From: Oikopleura dioica
Taxonomy: Eukaryota > Animalia > Chordata
Assembly (NCBI GenBank): GCA_907165135.1
Contig: OU015567.1
Location: forward strand, 5,518,001-5,582,000
Direction: 5' to 3'
Length of the DNA: 64,000 bases
The notes under the pieces are model-generated. The model was not told the origin of the DNA and ran no database searches. It saw only the letters and a list, made by a program, of their open reading frames with translations. Shown here in pieces: positions 36,459-49,300 of this stretch (within the stretch, counting starts at the first letter, position 1; every line of letters begins with the position of its first letter). Position numbers and translations under genes: made by a program.

Positions 36459-36933
36459 ATGAAGCTTTTTGGATCTCTTCTTTTTGCTGTTTCCCTCGCT
36501 GGCCGTGAAAAAAAGTAAGTTTAGAGAAAATTTTCTCCTTGTGACATCCCTTCGAACCGTCTTTTCTAGTGCTGACAAGCGATTAAACAAGATCAAGGGT
36601 CTTACCGCCACCCTCATCGACCTCATGGACAACAACACCACCGCTTCCGACAAGAACGTTGGCCGAGTCACTGCTTGGACCGACAAGCTTTTCGCCCAAC
36701 TCGAGGGACTAGACCTAACTCCATGCACTTACGTTGCTCCCGAAGCAGACGATGTCGCCGGGTTCCAACAAGATGAATTCTGCAAGCTTGCCAGTCAGGT
36801 CCAAGGTGCTCTTCGATCGTACCTCCGAACCTTCGTCTGCGTCGACTCCTACCCTAAGAAGAACTTCGAAAAAGCCTTTTCCAAGCGAACCAACCGATTT
36901 CGAAACATCGCCTACCGAGCTGGAGACTGTTAA
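36459..36933 (+). CDS. Small secreted protein, tandem paralog 2
   Basis: Same exon structure and near-identical mature sequence as paralog 1. Confidence 0.85.
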
Positions 36934-37274
36934 TTTTGAAAGGTATTGTAACTGCCGAAACAACGATTGATTCCCCGATTTTCAACCCTTTTCTTTATTT
37001 CATTTTCTGCAAATAAAATGGAAAAGCATTCAAAAAACAATTTTTCTTTTGAAAACATTTTTTATTTTTTCATCTTATTTCGAAAATTCTATTTCGAATT
37101 ATTCCGAAAGCCGCAGAAAAGAACCGTTTTACGGAAAATTAGGAGCGGTGACCCCGCAAAATGTTACGGCTCCGCGGGGCGCAGTTTACTATCTCCACCT
37201 AGCGAGCTCTGGAATCATAAAAACCCCGCGCGCTCGCAACTAAGTATCATTGATCAAAAAAACATACACTAAAA

Positions 37275-37901
37275 ATGAAGCTCCTCAACTCTTGCATGCT
37301 CGCCGCCGCCCTCGCTGGCCGAACCCCCAAGTAAGTTAAATTTTTCAAAGAGAAATAAAATTCTTAAAAAAAGCTTATTAAAAATATTTGAAAAAGCCGC
37401 GCGCGGCTTTTTTGGAAAAAAAATCATTCCTTCATTTTTTGACTAGAAAATGAGAAAAGCCGCGTAGCCTCTAAAAAACCAATAAAATAATCTTTTTCTC
37501 TCAATTTTGACCACATTTTAATTCTTTCTTTCAGCCCAACCAAGCGATTGAACAAGATCAAGGGCCACACCGCCACCCTCATCGATCTCATGGACAACAA
37601 CACCACCGCTTCCGACAAGAACGTTGGCCGAGTCCAGGCCTGGACCGACAAGCTCTTCGGCCAGCTCGAAGCCCTCGACCTCACCCCATGCGCCGCCGAT
37701 GAAGTCGATGAGGGAGACGACAACCTCGTCTTCGACCAGGAGAACTACTGCAAGCTCGCCGGCCAGGTCCAGACCGCCCTCCGATCTTACCTCCGAACCT
37801 TCGTCTGCGTCGACTCCTACCCCAAGAAGAACTTCGAGCGAGCCTTCTCCAAGCGAACCAACCGAGTCCGAAACATCGCCTCCCGAGCCGGTGACTGCTA
37901 A
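37275..37901 (+). CDS. Small secreted protein, tandem paralog 3
   Basis: MKLLNSCMLAAALAG signal, phase-2 intron, near-identical mature sequence. Confidence 0.85.
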
Positions 37902-38209
37902 ACAACTCGAGCTTGAGTTTCTGTACAAATGAAGCATTTTAAGCTAAGCTTGAAATGCGAATTTTGAAAACAACAAAATTTTTCCTTACTTTCTTCTGCA
38001 AATATAATGTGAAAACATTTCAAAAAATCAAAAAACCTTGATTTTGTTAAATAAGCAACGTAAAAGATTTAGCGTCTCAGAGTTTTAAGATTTGCCTGAG
38101 GCGATTTCTAGGGCCGGTTTTTCGGAGAACTAAAATGAAGTGGAGTAATAAAAGATTCTAGAGGTTGATTTTATCGAGGCTTTTTATGGAAAAATATTTA
38201 TCAAAAATT

Positions 38210-38310
38210 GTCTCGAAAACCTGTGTTGAAAACCTGAGTCAGGGTCTTGAAAGACGCGGCTTTTTTCTAACACCTTTTCAGAACCCTGACTCAGGTTTCT
38301 ACACAGAATT
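38210..38310. mobile_element. ACCTGTG/CCTGAGTCAGG family MITE copy
   Basis: AACCTGTGTTGAAAACCTGAGTCAGGGT ... ACCCTGACTCAGGTTTCTACACAG. Confidence 0.75.
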
Positions 38311-39042
38311 CAGACTATCCAAAAGACGTTTTAAAATTTGAAAAATTTGAAAATCTTTAAAGACCTTCTTTTTAGCAATTATCATGGCGAAACCCTTATT
38401 CGATCAAGCAAATAAATGTTCAATTCTTTAATTTTTCTTGCTAAGAGTTTTTTTTTTTTGAGTCGATTTTTTTTTCGGGACGACAAAATCGATTATAATT
38501 TTTTATCTCTTTCAAATTTGATTCCCAATTTCCTTATCTTTTAAAAAGAGCGGAAGCGCCAATATGGCGCCGCACGTTCCTCTAAACTCGTAAAAACGTG
38601 CAGCGGAATTCGAGTACCGCTGCATGAAATTGAGGTGCGCGCACGGGCCCGGCCCGAGGATGCGATAAGCTCACGTTCTCAAAGCAGCTTCGGTTTGACA
38701 AAGCCTCGTTCCTCACACGCGGCTGAGTGCTCCAACAAGTGTTCAAAATATCGATAAAAAGACAACGACCAAAAAAATAGGAAAGTTCTGTAAAAATAAA
38801 AAATAATTAAATTTACAACTGATTTATTATTCAATTCTTGGTTTGATTTTGCAGCATGAAACAATTTCTTAGATATTTTTTTTACATTTTAAATATTTTT
38901 TTCAGGTTTGAAAACCATTTTTTTTTAAAACTATTCGTCGGAAATTTACAAAACTTTGTGAAAAATACTATCGGTTTCTAGCGCGCCACGAAAATGTCAG
39001 TTGAGCAGCTTTCAGCAATAAAGCGATAAGGCAAAAATTTTT

Positions 39043-39429
39043 CTATTTGGTATCTTTTTGTTGAGAGCATGTTTTTCCACGGTGAGATGTGTCGCAGATG
39101 CATCTGAACTCATTGCTGTTGTTGATTGCTCGTATTCCAAGAGTGTACTCGCCAACACAATTTTTTCGAAAAAAGAAACAGGCATTGGTCAGCTGATTTT
39201 GTTGTCGGAAGCAGAATTCTTTGCTAAAAAACTTCCGTGGAGAAGTCATTGTTGTTCTTTTTGATCGCAAAAGAGCATTAAGATTTTGAGCAGAAAATGA
39301 AACTCGATTCTGATGATTAAATCTGTAGGTTGTTGGATGTGGATTGTAGATTGGAAGAAAGATGGCAGGAATCGAAGTCAAAAGATGGAAAAAAATTAAA
39401 ATGCTCATTTTCGATTTCCAAATGGACAT
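39043..39429 (-). CDS. Secreted single-EGF-domain precursor candidate (intronless)
   Basis: Hydrophobic N-terminus, RSKR site, six Cys ending in C-x-C-x8-C (CICDTSHRGKTC). Confidence 0.6.
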   Translation of the reverse strand: MSIWKSKMSILIFFHLLTSIPAIFLPIYNPHPTTYRFNHQNRVSFSAQNLNALLRSKRTTMTSPRKFFSKEFCFRQQNQLTNACFFFRKNCVGEYTLGIRAINNSNEFRCICDTSHRGKTCSQQKDTK

Positions 39430-40338
39430 ATTTTTGAGTTTTGTTTGATAAAGTCGAATAAAATTGTTTTTACTTTGTTTTTTTTTTGATTTGTCTTTTT
39501 CTGATTTCTGATTGACGCTGCTGACCGAAATTCAGCCTTATATACCGCTGCGATAAGACCGGTAAATAGGGCTGAATAAGTAAGCGGCGCTACGTACGCA
39601 TGGATTTTTATAGCTCTCACGCTACGAAAGGATAACTGACATCATCAGCGTCAAATTATTACGTTTCGTCAGATGAATAGTTCTTCCGATCTCTCAAATC
39701 CTCGGTTTACACCAGTTTTCCTCAGATTCATTGGAAATAATTGCTCGTCATCGTGAGACATTATAAAAGTCACAATAAACGATTCCGAGCTATCCTTTTT
39801 GATTAAATGCAGAAGCACGTGACCTCTGGAAATCTAACGAGATGATAATGAAGTACCGCTGGTGCTTATCAGCAGCACGGCTCACCATTTTCGCCGCTCT
39901 TAAACTAATCGAATCTACTTGCATTCTGAGAGCGCCCACTTTTTAGACGACCATGTCAACAACTGTCAAATATCTTCATATCATTATTTCGGAAAATACA
40001 GAATAAAAAACCGCACTGCGATACTATCAATTTTCATAAAAACGCGGTATCGCCTTATCATCCGGCTGCCTCTTGAATTGCACCCCTGAGAACGAGCCGA
40101 AAAATCTAATAAAATTTTAATGAATTCAAATCAGCGAGAATTCCTTGCGATTTCAAAGTGAAGAATATAATGAAAAGTTTTAATAATTTTAACTCTTAAA
40201 ATCGACCTTCTTTCATTCTCAAAATGATTCCTGGCAATTTGAAATGGAAGCAATTGCAGTCTTTACCAGCTGTAAAAGAGAGAACGTCGCGTCGTGCGAA
40301 ATTTTCAAATATTTGCGTTTCAATTCTAAATCAAAAAA

Positions 40339-43300
40339 ATGGTAAAAATTAATCTCGACGGCAAATGTGGCGCAAATTTGAACAAGGCCGAATTTCTCTT
40401 TTCTCTCACTCGATACACACATTCTTCGCCGCGCTTTCCATCTCGCTTTCCCCGATTTTCTAGAGACGCCTATCAGTTTCAAAGAGACCCGAGCGGAGAT
40501 ACAAAGGAGATCATGGACGGGCAGGGACGGGCTTTTTCTCCGATTACAATAAACGTTCTTTTATTCGAATTCGAATTATTGAAATGGATATGGAAAGAAC
40601 TGAGAATTGAGAGTTCAATCAAACATTCGCGGTTTTGATGTTTTCTTGAAGCGATTTTTGAGTCGAAAGACGGGTAAAAAAGAAAGGAGAAAAGCCAAGA
40701 AAAAGGGAATTCGTTCCCCTCTCAGCCCACTGAGCGATATTGAGATGGATGCAGAAGGTCCACCAATGGAGTAAGTTAACTCTATCTTATCAATTAATAG
40801 AATGATCAATATTTTTTTGTTTTCATAAAGGAAGGACAAATAATTCCTCAAATTAGTATATTTCATCGACGAATAAGGGTGGCTTTTTTGCGATTTTTCA
40901 TAGTGATTTTTAAAATTATGGTTCTCTATTTGATATTTTTGAAAAATAGATATTGCTTGGAAAACTTAATTATTTTCATATTTTTTTTTGTTTTCGAAGA
41001 TCATGGTAATATTCCTAGCTTAAATTAAACAGATGTAGAAACTTTCACATTTTAGAGCCTTCAATCTATAAAATACTTATTCGAAGAGAAGAAAGTCCTA
41101 TTATGGGTTCGAATCAAGTTGTTTGATGATCTTTTCAGTCTAACGATGAGTGGCGATTTGAGCATCGTCGACGGCGCTGGTGGAGGCTGGGCATCTTCGT
41201 CGATGATGGTGGCTCCTCCGCAAACGCCTTCTGTCCGCCGAACCCAGGACTTTGACGAAAAGGACATGTCTTCTGACGATCTTGAAACGACTCTGCAATC
41301 AACGAAGAAAGTTCGAGACGAGTACAAAAGTTTCGTCGACGACAGCAACGACCGCATCGTCAAGGGGCTTCGACACTGCGAGACAAGTGAAAACGTTGTT
41401 TTTGTCGCTGAACATTCGATCATAAAGGATCAAGAATGGGCGTTCGAAGATGAAATTCAAAAAATGATGAAGCGGCTCGAACTTTTGAGGAAAAGAGAAA
41501 CTCTGGAAGATATTTTGAAAAAGTATCCTTCGAGAAGAGAGGAAACTGAAAAACAGGTTAGGAAAAATGCCATCTTAAATTTTTTGAATTGAGCGGAAGA
41601 AATGTGTCATGAAAAATATTTTATGAAAATGATAAAAAAGTAGACAGAGCAAGTTTCAACATGAGAAAATTCCAGTTGAGGTTCTATTTGTTCGCGCATT
41701 TGTTCAAGCAGATCAATCAGAATTTGCTCTTCTCCACCGCACGGTTTTATGAGTTTTCTGACGTCACGCCTGACTTTTTCTCCCTGTATTTGGATAAGAA
41801 TAACCACTTGTTTTTGTAGCTGAATGAAGTTAATGCTGAACTCGATGCGTTGGATGATACTGTTGCTGAAGATCCCTCGAAAACCGAAACAAGTCTTGAT
41901 TCGACGAAAGAATCGACCATCAACAGGACTCAAATTAGCTATCTCAAGATAATCCACTATCAGGAACCAGCTGATGAAGTGGTCGAAACTACAGGTAATC
42001 TCTTTGGACACAAATTGGTGTTGTAGCTGAGTTTTGAGCTGAAGTCCCATTTTCATTTTCTCCATTCAAATATTTGCTCGTCCAAATCAGCCAGCATTTG
42101 TTTCTACGCGTTGATTCGAATCGGAACACTTGAATCGTGGAACACGAAATTAATAAATGCGCGTGTCGTTGTCGCTCAGATTTATGAATTAACGAGCCGC
42201 CAAGTGTCTACTAGACATTTTGTTAAAGGGTTTGTTAAGTCACGATCGCGGCCCAACCAATCTTCGAATACGATATTCCGCAGTTGACAAGACAGCATGT
42301 CGAGGCGATTCGCTCGAAAAAGGTCGAACATGTCAAGATGGTTTCCAAAGAATCGCAGACTGAGCCGCCCGAGCGCAAGAAATCCGAAGACTATTCCTCC
42401 CAAACTCCGCAATTGCAGGTCAAGGATGAGAAATCGCAGGCGAAGGTGTTGGCGCATGAAATAGCCATGCAAACGACGAAGCCGAAGAGTGGTGTTGATG
42501 CCCCAAGCCAAACAAATGTGCAGAGGAACACGACCATGGAACTGACCGACTCGTTTTCTCAAACAAAGGAAATTCTCAGGAAGGTTGCTTTCTTCGACTT
42601 TTGGCCTTCTAGAGCCCAAAAATCGAATTCAACCTGTGTAGGAATCCTGAGTCAGGGACATAAGAAGCCTAAACGGAAAGCCGCATAGCGGCTTTTCTAA
42701 AAATGAAGCCGCAAAGCGGCTTCGCAAAACTCCCATTTGAGTCTTATTTTATAATTCTCGGAAGCCGCTGCGCGGCTTCATTTTCAAAAAAGCCGCTACG
42801 CGGCTTTGAATTTATCTTTTTCTTTTTATGGATCCTGACTCAGGATCTATACAAACATATTTTTCAATTTTCAGTTTTTGAGAAAAATTTCGGCGAAATT
42901 ACTCAAAACTAATATTGACCAAAAAGTGGCGATAAAACGGCTTGATGAGTTTTCTTTCTTTACTTTTTCCTATTATCTTGTGTTTTTTGCAAATAAAATT
43001 TGCCCGATCGAGAAGTTGATAATGAGGAACAGAGAGCAACCTGCATAAAAGCTCGAACAAGACTCAGCAAACATCAAATTTGGACTCTGGAATCGACTCG
43101 GCCGCGGATCACTCGGATATTGAAGCTACCCCGGTTCAGAAGGCGGTGATTGTCAACAGGATGCAGCAGCAGCAGAATGTCAATGCAGCGGCACCGGTTG
43201 TGCAAAAGACAATGATGGATATGGCCTGCGATCCGATTGAGTGGCCGAAATCGAAGGTAGATCAAACATTATCTGATATCAAAATTTAAATTTATGCCTT

Positions 43301-46300
43301 TTATCTAGTATGACACGATTGAAACCTCTTCCAGCTCATCCTCCGACTCTGAGTCCGAAAACACCAAGTCTTCCAAGTCCTCCAAATCCGACAAAGCAAA
43401 GAAACTCGCCAAAGCCAAGGTCATCAAGGACAAATCGAAGAAAACCAAGACCAAATCCTCCGGCACCAATCCCGAGAAAATCAAGACGAAGGATCAATCG
43501 ACCAAGACCAAGCCCAAAGTCACGAGTTCAAAAACCATCCAGACGGAAAAAGTGAAGAACGAAAAGATGGTCAACAAGCAGGTGAACACCTTGTTCGATT
43601 CGAGGAAAATCGCCGAGTTAAAGCAAAAAGCAGAAGATTTGAAGCGCGAAAATGAAATGCTAAAGACCGCGGCGCTCGCCCAAAAACTCAAAAAGGAGGA
43701 ACGAACGAGTTCTAGCGATGAAGACACTAAGCCATCTAAGGTGAAGATCAAACGCGTACCGAGCAAGAAAAAGACGAGCGTTGAAAAACGACCGCTGAGC
43801 ACTGCCTCGATGAAATCGACCGACGATCTTTCACGTGATCCGGATTCGGACTCCGAGCAGATGACTAAGCTAAAGGAGGAGAATGAGCGATTGATTGCGG
43901 AAAATGCAAGGCTGAAGAAAGAAAGAAAAGAATCATCGTCGAATTCAAGTTCTTCAAGTCTGGGCTCCGCAACCTGTGCAGAAAACCAGAGTCAGGCTTC
44001 TGAAAAATCTTTAATGAAAGCCGCGTAGCGGCTTTTCTTTCAAAAGAGCCGCGAAGCGGCTTTTAAAATCTTAAAAATTACATTCAAATTCTTATCTTGG
44101 CGAAGCCGCTTCGCGGCTTTTCATTTGGGCTCTTTTTGACTCAGGTTGCCGAGCCCAGTTTCAAGTGATGTTGATGCCCCACCAGTTTTTATCGAAAATG
44201 TTGAAGCTCCTCCAGCTGTTCAAGCTCTGCCGGTGCAAGAAAACCTCGTCCAATCAGCCGGACCACCGCCGCCGGAAGCGAGTGAAGATGAAGGCACACA
44301 GCTGGATCGTGAAAAGGTCAAGAATGCTGCCATTCTCAAAAATATGAAGGAAAGAGAAAACGAAATCGACGAACTGAAAGAAAATCTCGCGAAAACGGAG
44401 GCAGAGAAAAAGGTCCTGGAAGACAAGTTCTTTGAAATTGGCGAGGCGCAGTTGCAGGAAGAAGCGCTCAAGAGGGAGATTGAACGATTAACTGCTGAAA
44501 ACGAGGCTTTACGAAAACAACTAGAGGATGATGACAAAGAAGAGAGGCGCAAAAACGCTTTCCTTCTCTCCCAATTGAAGGAAAAAACTGAAGAAGTGGA
44601 CAAAATCCAAGACGATTTCAACTCGAATCTGAAGGGCCTTCAAGATGATTTCGAAAAAGAAAAGGGCGAGAAAAATGAAATCATCAAGCAGCTAGAAAAA
44701 GATGTTCAAAAGAAAGACGATGAAATCCGAGAGCTTCAGAACGAAGTCGCTGGTTTCAATGACGACCTGGAAACGGAAAGGAGGAACAAAGCAGTGTTGC
44801 TCAAGAAATTGAAGGATCGAGAGGATGAGCTGGAAAATGAGCTGAATGAAGCGCTTAAAGATAAGGATGATCAAATCGAAGAGCTGGAGAAGCTAAATGA
44901 AGCGCTTATTGAAGCAAATAAGGAGCTCAAGGATGATTTGGATGAAGAAGATGATCATAAAGCTGCTAAGGTAAGGGCACCCGACTATAAACGCGCGTTG
45001 AATGCTTATTAATAGGGATTCATTGTTTTTAAGAAATAAAATTTCTAACTTGAAACAATCTTCCATCTATTATGGTTTTTATTTTTTCTTCTAGATCTTG
45101 GCCTTGAAAAACCTCGCCGACAAAGAAAAGGAAATCGAAAAACTGAACTCCGAACTCGCAGAAATCAAGGAAGAAAAAGCCTCCCTCGAAAACGACGTCG
45201 AAAAGCTCTTCCTCGAGCGAAAAGATGCCAAGGAAGAACTGGCCGAGCTAACCACCGCGCACAAGGACCTAATGAACGAGCTCCAGCAAGCAGCGGATGA
45301 GTCGAATGATCACAAACTCGCCAAGCTCGCGGCGCTGAAAAAGATCAAGGACTTGGAAGAGGAGAAAAAGGAGCTGCAGGAGCAAATCGACACGTACGCA
45401 GAACAACTTGATGCGGCGAGTGAAATGAGCGAGCTGGACGAAAGAGCGCTTGCAGATGCAAAGCACCAAAACAAACTGCTGAATCAAACGCTCGACTCAG
45501 TCAAGTCCTCTGTTGAAGACTTGAAAAACGCGTCTTTCCAGGAAGACAAAGAAAACGAGGAGAAAATCCAGGCGCTCGAGGCTGAAAAGGAAGAAAAGGT
45601 CAAAATCATTGAAGAACTCGAAGAAACCATCAAATCTCTGGAAGACCAAATCGAAGATCTCAACGGAGAGAGCGAAAAATCCCGGGAAGAAAAGCTAAAA
45701 ACGCTTGCCAAGATCAAGCTTTTGGAAGAAGCTCAAACTGACAAAGAAAACTTGGAAGACGAGCTTGAAAAGACCAAGGCGAATCTCGCCGCTCTAGAAA
45801 AACAAATCAAAGACCAAGACGAAGCGATTCAAGATTTGGAAGAAGAACTCAACTCAAAATCCACAGAAGTCGTCAATTTGAAGCAAAAAGTGGCAGAGCT
45901 AGAATCCGAGCTCGCGGAAGAGCAAGAAACTGCTGATGGCGATAGAGCAAAAGCGCTGATTGTCGCGAAAGAATTGAAAGATCGACAGGACGAAATTGAT
46001 TTCCTCAAAGAAGAGATTGAAAACCTCAAGGCAGAAAATGCCCAGCTCGCCGAAAATCAAGAATCCGAAGAAGATCGAGCTAAAAAATTGCTTGTCGCAA
46101 AAGAACTTGCTGACCGAAAAGAAGATATTGAAAAACTCAATCAAGAGCTAGAATCCCTCAAAGCAGAAAATGCTGAGCTTGCGGAAAATCAAGAAACAGA
46201 GGACGGTCGGGCCAAGAAAATTCTCATCGCCAAGGAACTTGCTGATCGAAAGGAAGAAATTGAAAAGCTCGAAGCTGCGAATAAATCTCTAGAAAACGAA

Positions 46301-49300
46301 AACGCCAAGCTCGAATCAGAAAAGCAAGACGCTGAAGATGATCGAGCCAAGAAGGTTCTCATCGCCAAGGAATTGGCCGAGCGAAAAGAAGAGATTGAAA
46401 AACTGACCGACGAACTCAACGAGCTCAAGGACAAAAACGAGGAGCTAGAAAAACAAGCGGCTGAAAATGAAGAAGCCAAAGCAGCAAAACTCCTGATCGC
46501 GAAAGAACTGAAAGATCGAAATGACGAGATCGAGTCGCTCAAACAAGCTCTTGCTCTTGAAGAGCAAAACGCTCTCAATTCAGCCGATCCAAACAGAATC
46601 AAAGAGCTCGAGGACGAAATCGCGGCGCTGGAAGATCAACGAGACCAGCAGGAAGCGAAGATCAAGGGCTTGGAAAAAGATCTCGAGTTTTCAAAAGTCC
46701 TCGAAGATGAAATTGACAAGAAAGAGAAAGAAATTCTCGCGAAAGATGAGCAAATCCAAACCTATGAACGAACGATTGCAGAAAACAATCGACAGTTGAA
46801 AGATCTTCTCGTCCTGAAAAAAGCTGCGGACAAAGTTTCCGAACTCGAAAAAGAACTTGAAGAGGCGAAAACCGCCAATGAAGGCCTTGAATCGAACCTC
46901 TCCGCGCTCAAGGAAGAGCGAGATGAGCTGAAATCAGAACTCGAAGAGCTCCGAAATGCCCAGGACGCTGACAGCTCTGCAGAAGATCTTGCGAAGAAAC
47001 CCCTCACGGGCTCGACCAAGACCTTGGATTCCGGCATCTTCGACAAGACGCAAACCCTCGAGGACATTCCCCTCGGAAGCTCGACGGAAAACATCCCCGC
47101 TGAACCACAAATGATAATCATCCGACGACTGCAGATTGAAAACGAGCGTCTTATTTCAGAGCGCGATTCTGTCGGCGACGTTGAAACTCTCAAAAAAGAG
47201 TACCAAGATGAAAAAGCTCATTTGGAAGAAGACCTCGATTTCCAGCAACAGAAAATAAACGAGCTCACAGGTCAGCTGGAAAAACTGCTCCAAGATAAAG
47301 CCGGACTCGAGGAGGACCTTGAACTCAAAAATGAGGACCTCCAAGCGGTCGAAGATGACCTTAGCGATCTGAAGAACAAGCTGAAAAACTCGCAAGCGGA
47401 AAATGATGAAATCAAGGAAGAGAATGAAAATCGACTCAAGGAACTCGTCGCTTTGAAGGCTCTCAAGGACAGATCTGACGACATTGAAGACCTTAAAAAG
47501 GAAGTTGAGGAACTGAAGGGCGAAAAAGAAGCTCTGGAAAAAGACCTTGAAGAAAAATACCTTGAAGCTCTTGCATTGAAAAAGTTGATTGAAAACGAAC
47601 AAGAGGAAAAAGCTCAGCTCAACGAAGCCTATCAAGAACTCGAAGCTGAATTGAGAGAAAAAGACGCAGAACTTTCCCAAATCGAGGAGCAAGTGAAGAA
47701 TGAGAAATTCGAGCGAGCCAAGACTTTAGCCGCGCTCAAAGCATTGAAAAAAGCCGCAGAATCGGAGGAGCCAGAGGATTCTTCTGAAGAGGAAGAGTCG
47801 GACATCTTCCCGGATATGAACGACGAATCTCAACCGGAAGAAATCATTGATGATATCAAAAAGATTCTCGTCATCAAAAAGTCCAAAGAAATCAACAACC
47901 CTGATCTTGAAAACCTAAAAGACCAGATAGCCGATTTGGAGGATGAAAATGACGAGCTCAAGGCGCAAAATCACAAGCTCGAAGAAATCCGACAGAAAAA
48001 CAAGGAAGAGATCGAAAAACTCACCGAAGAGAACGAAAATCTCCACGAAGACGTTCAATCCCGCCCTGGTTCGATTACCCTTGCCCCGATTGTCGCGCAG
48101 GAGCAGCAAGTTCAATCGTCTAATCCCTTTTTACAAACGCATTCTGACATTGAAAGCTCAATTGAACAAGCAGTTTCTGCTGAGCCGTCAGTTGATAACT
48201 CAAATCTTCTGAAAGAACTTCAGGATGAAAATGAAAGGTTACAAGAAGAAATGGCTGATTTGAGAGCGCAGCTGGATTTGACCCAGACTCAGATGAAGTT
48301 TATTACTGCGGAGAAGAGTGATTCTGGCTCGAGTTCTGGTGACCTAGCGGAAGAAAATGAGAAACTTAGGTAATATTGAAAAAACCATAAATATTCTTTT
48401 TGAAAGAAGAATAGATATTATTTCAATCTAATTTTATTGATAGAATAAACCGAACCTTAATTTTCTTCCATAACCGAACCTTAGTTTCTACCATAATTTT
48501 CTTCAGAGCTGAAGTCAAGCGCCTTGCTGCCTTGGTCGCCATGTACAAAGGCCGCGATTCCGACGATGAAGTCGACCTCCGCCCGGCCAAACGAGTCGAC
48601 TCCGTCCCAGACCTTCTCGAAGCCGATACCCAAAAGAACCTCAAGGAAGGCGTCCTCCACGAGCTAACTAACACCCAGAAAAAGCTCAAGGACGAAGAGG
48701 AGAAAAACAAGGACCTAGAGCGCATCGTTGAAAAACTCAACCAAACAATCAGCGATCTCCAAAAGCCAGAAGCTCAGCAGATGTTGAAAGAAGGAGCTTT
48801 GAGCGAACTCGAGCGAGAAAAGAAACGAAGATCAGAGGCAGAAGACGAGCTTGCCAAAGCAAAGGAAGAAGCAGAACTAGCCAAGCAGCTGAAAGAAGGG
48901 GCGCTGGCAGAAGTCGACAGGCTGAACTCTTCCTTGATTTCTTCAAAACTCGAAGAGCTGGAAAAGAGCGACTCGAAATCGTCCTCGAGGCAGTCGACAC
49001 CAATCCCGTCCAAAAAACTCGACGAGTTGGAGCTCCAAACAATGGAAAACGAAGTTCAACTTCAAGCGCTCAAGCCAAACGTCTCCGAACTCGCGAAAAA
49101 GAGCCCCGAAGAGCAAGAAAAGGCCCTCGAAGATCTGAAAAGAAATCTGAAAGAAAAAGCCGAGGAAATCGACGAGCTCGAGAAAGAAATCGAAGAACTA
49201 AAGGATGAAAACAAGGAGCTAAAGATCGAAGCATACGACGCGGAAAAGCACAAAAAGAAGTTCAAAAAAGCGGTGGAAGAAAAACACGAGCTTGGTCAAG

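Noticed and set aside
44220-49265. Numerous long minus-strand Ser/Phe/Leu-rich ORFs
   Set aside because: Antisense shadows of the E/K-rich coiled-coil exons.
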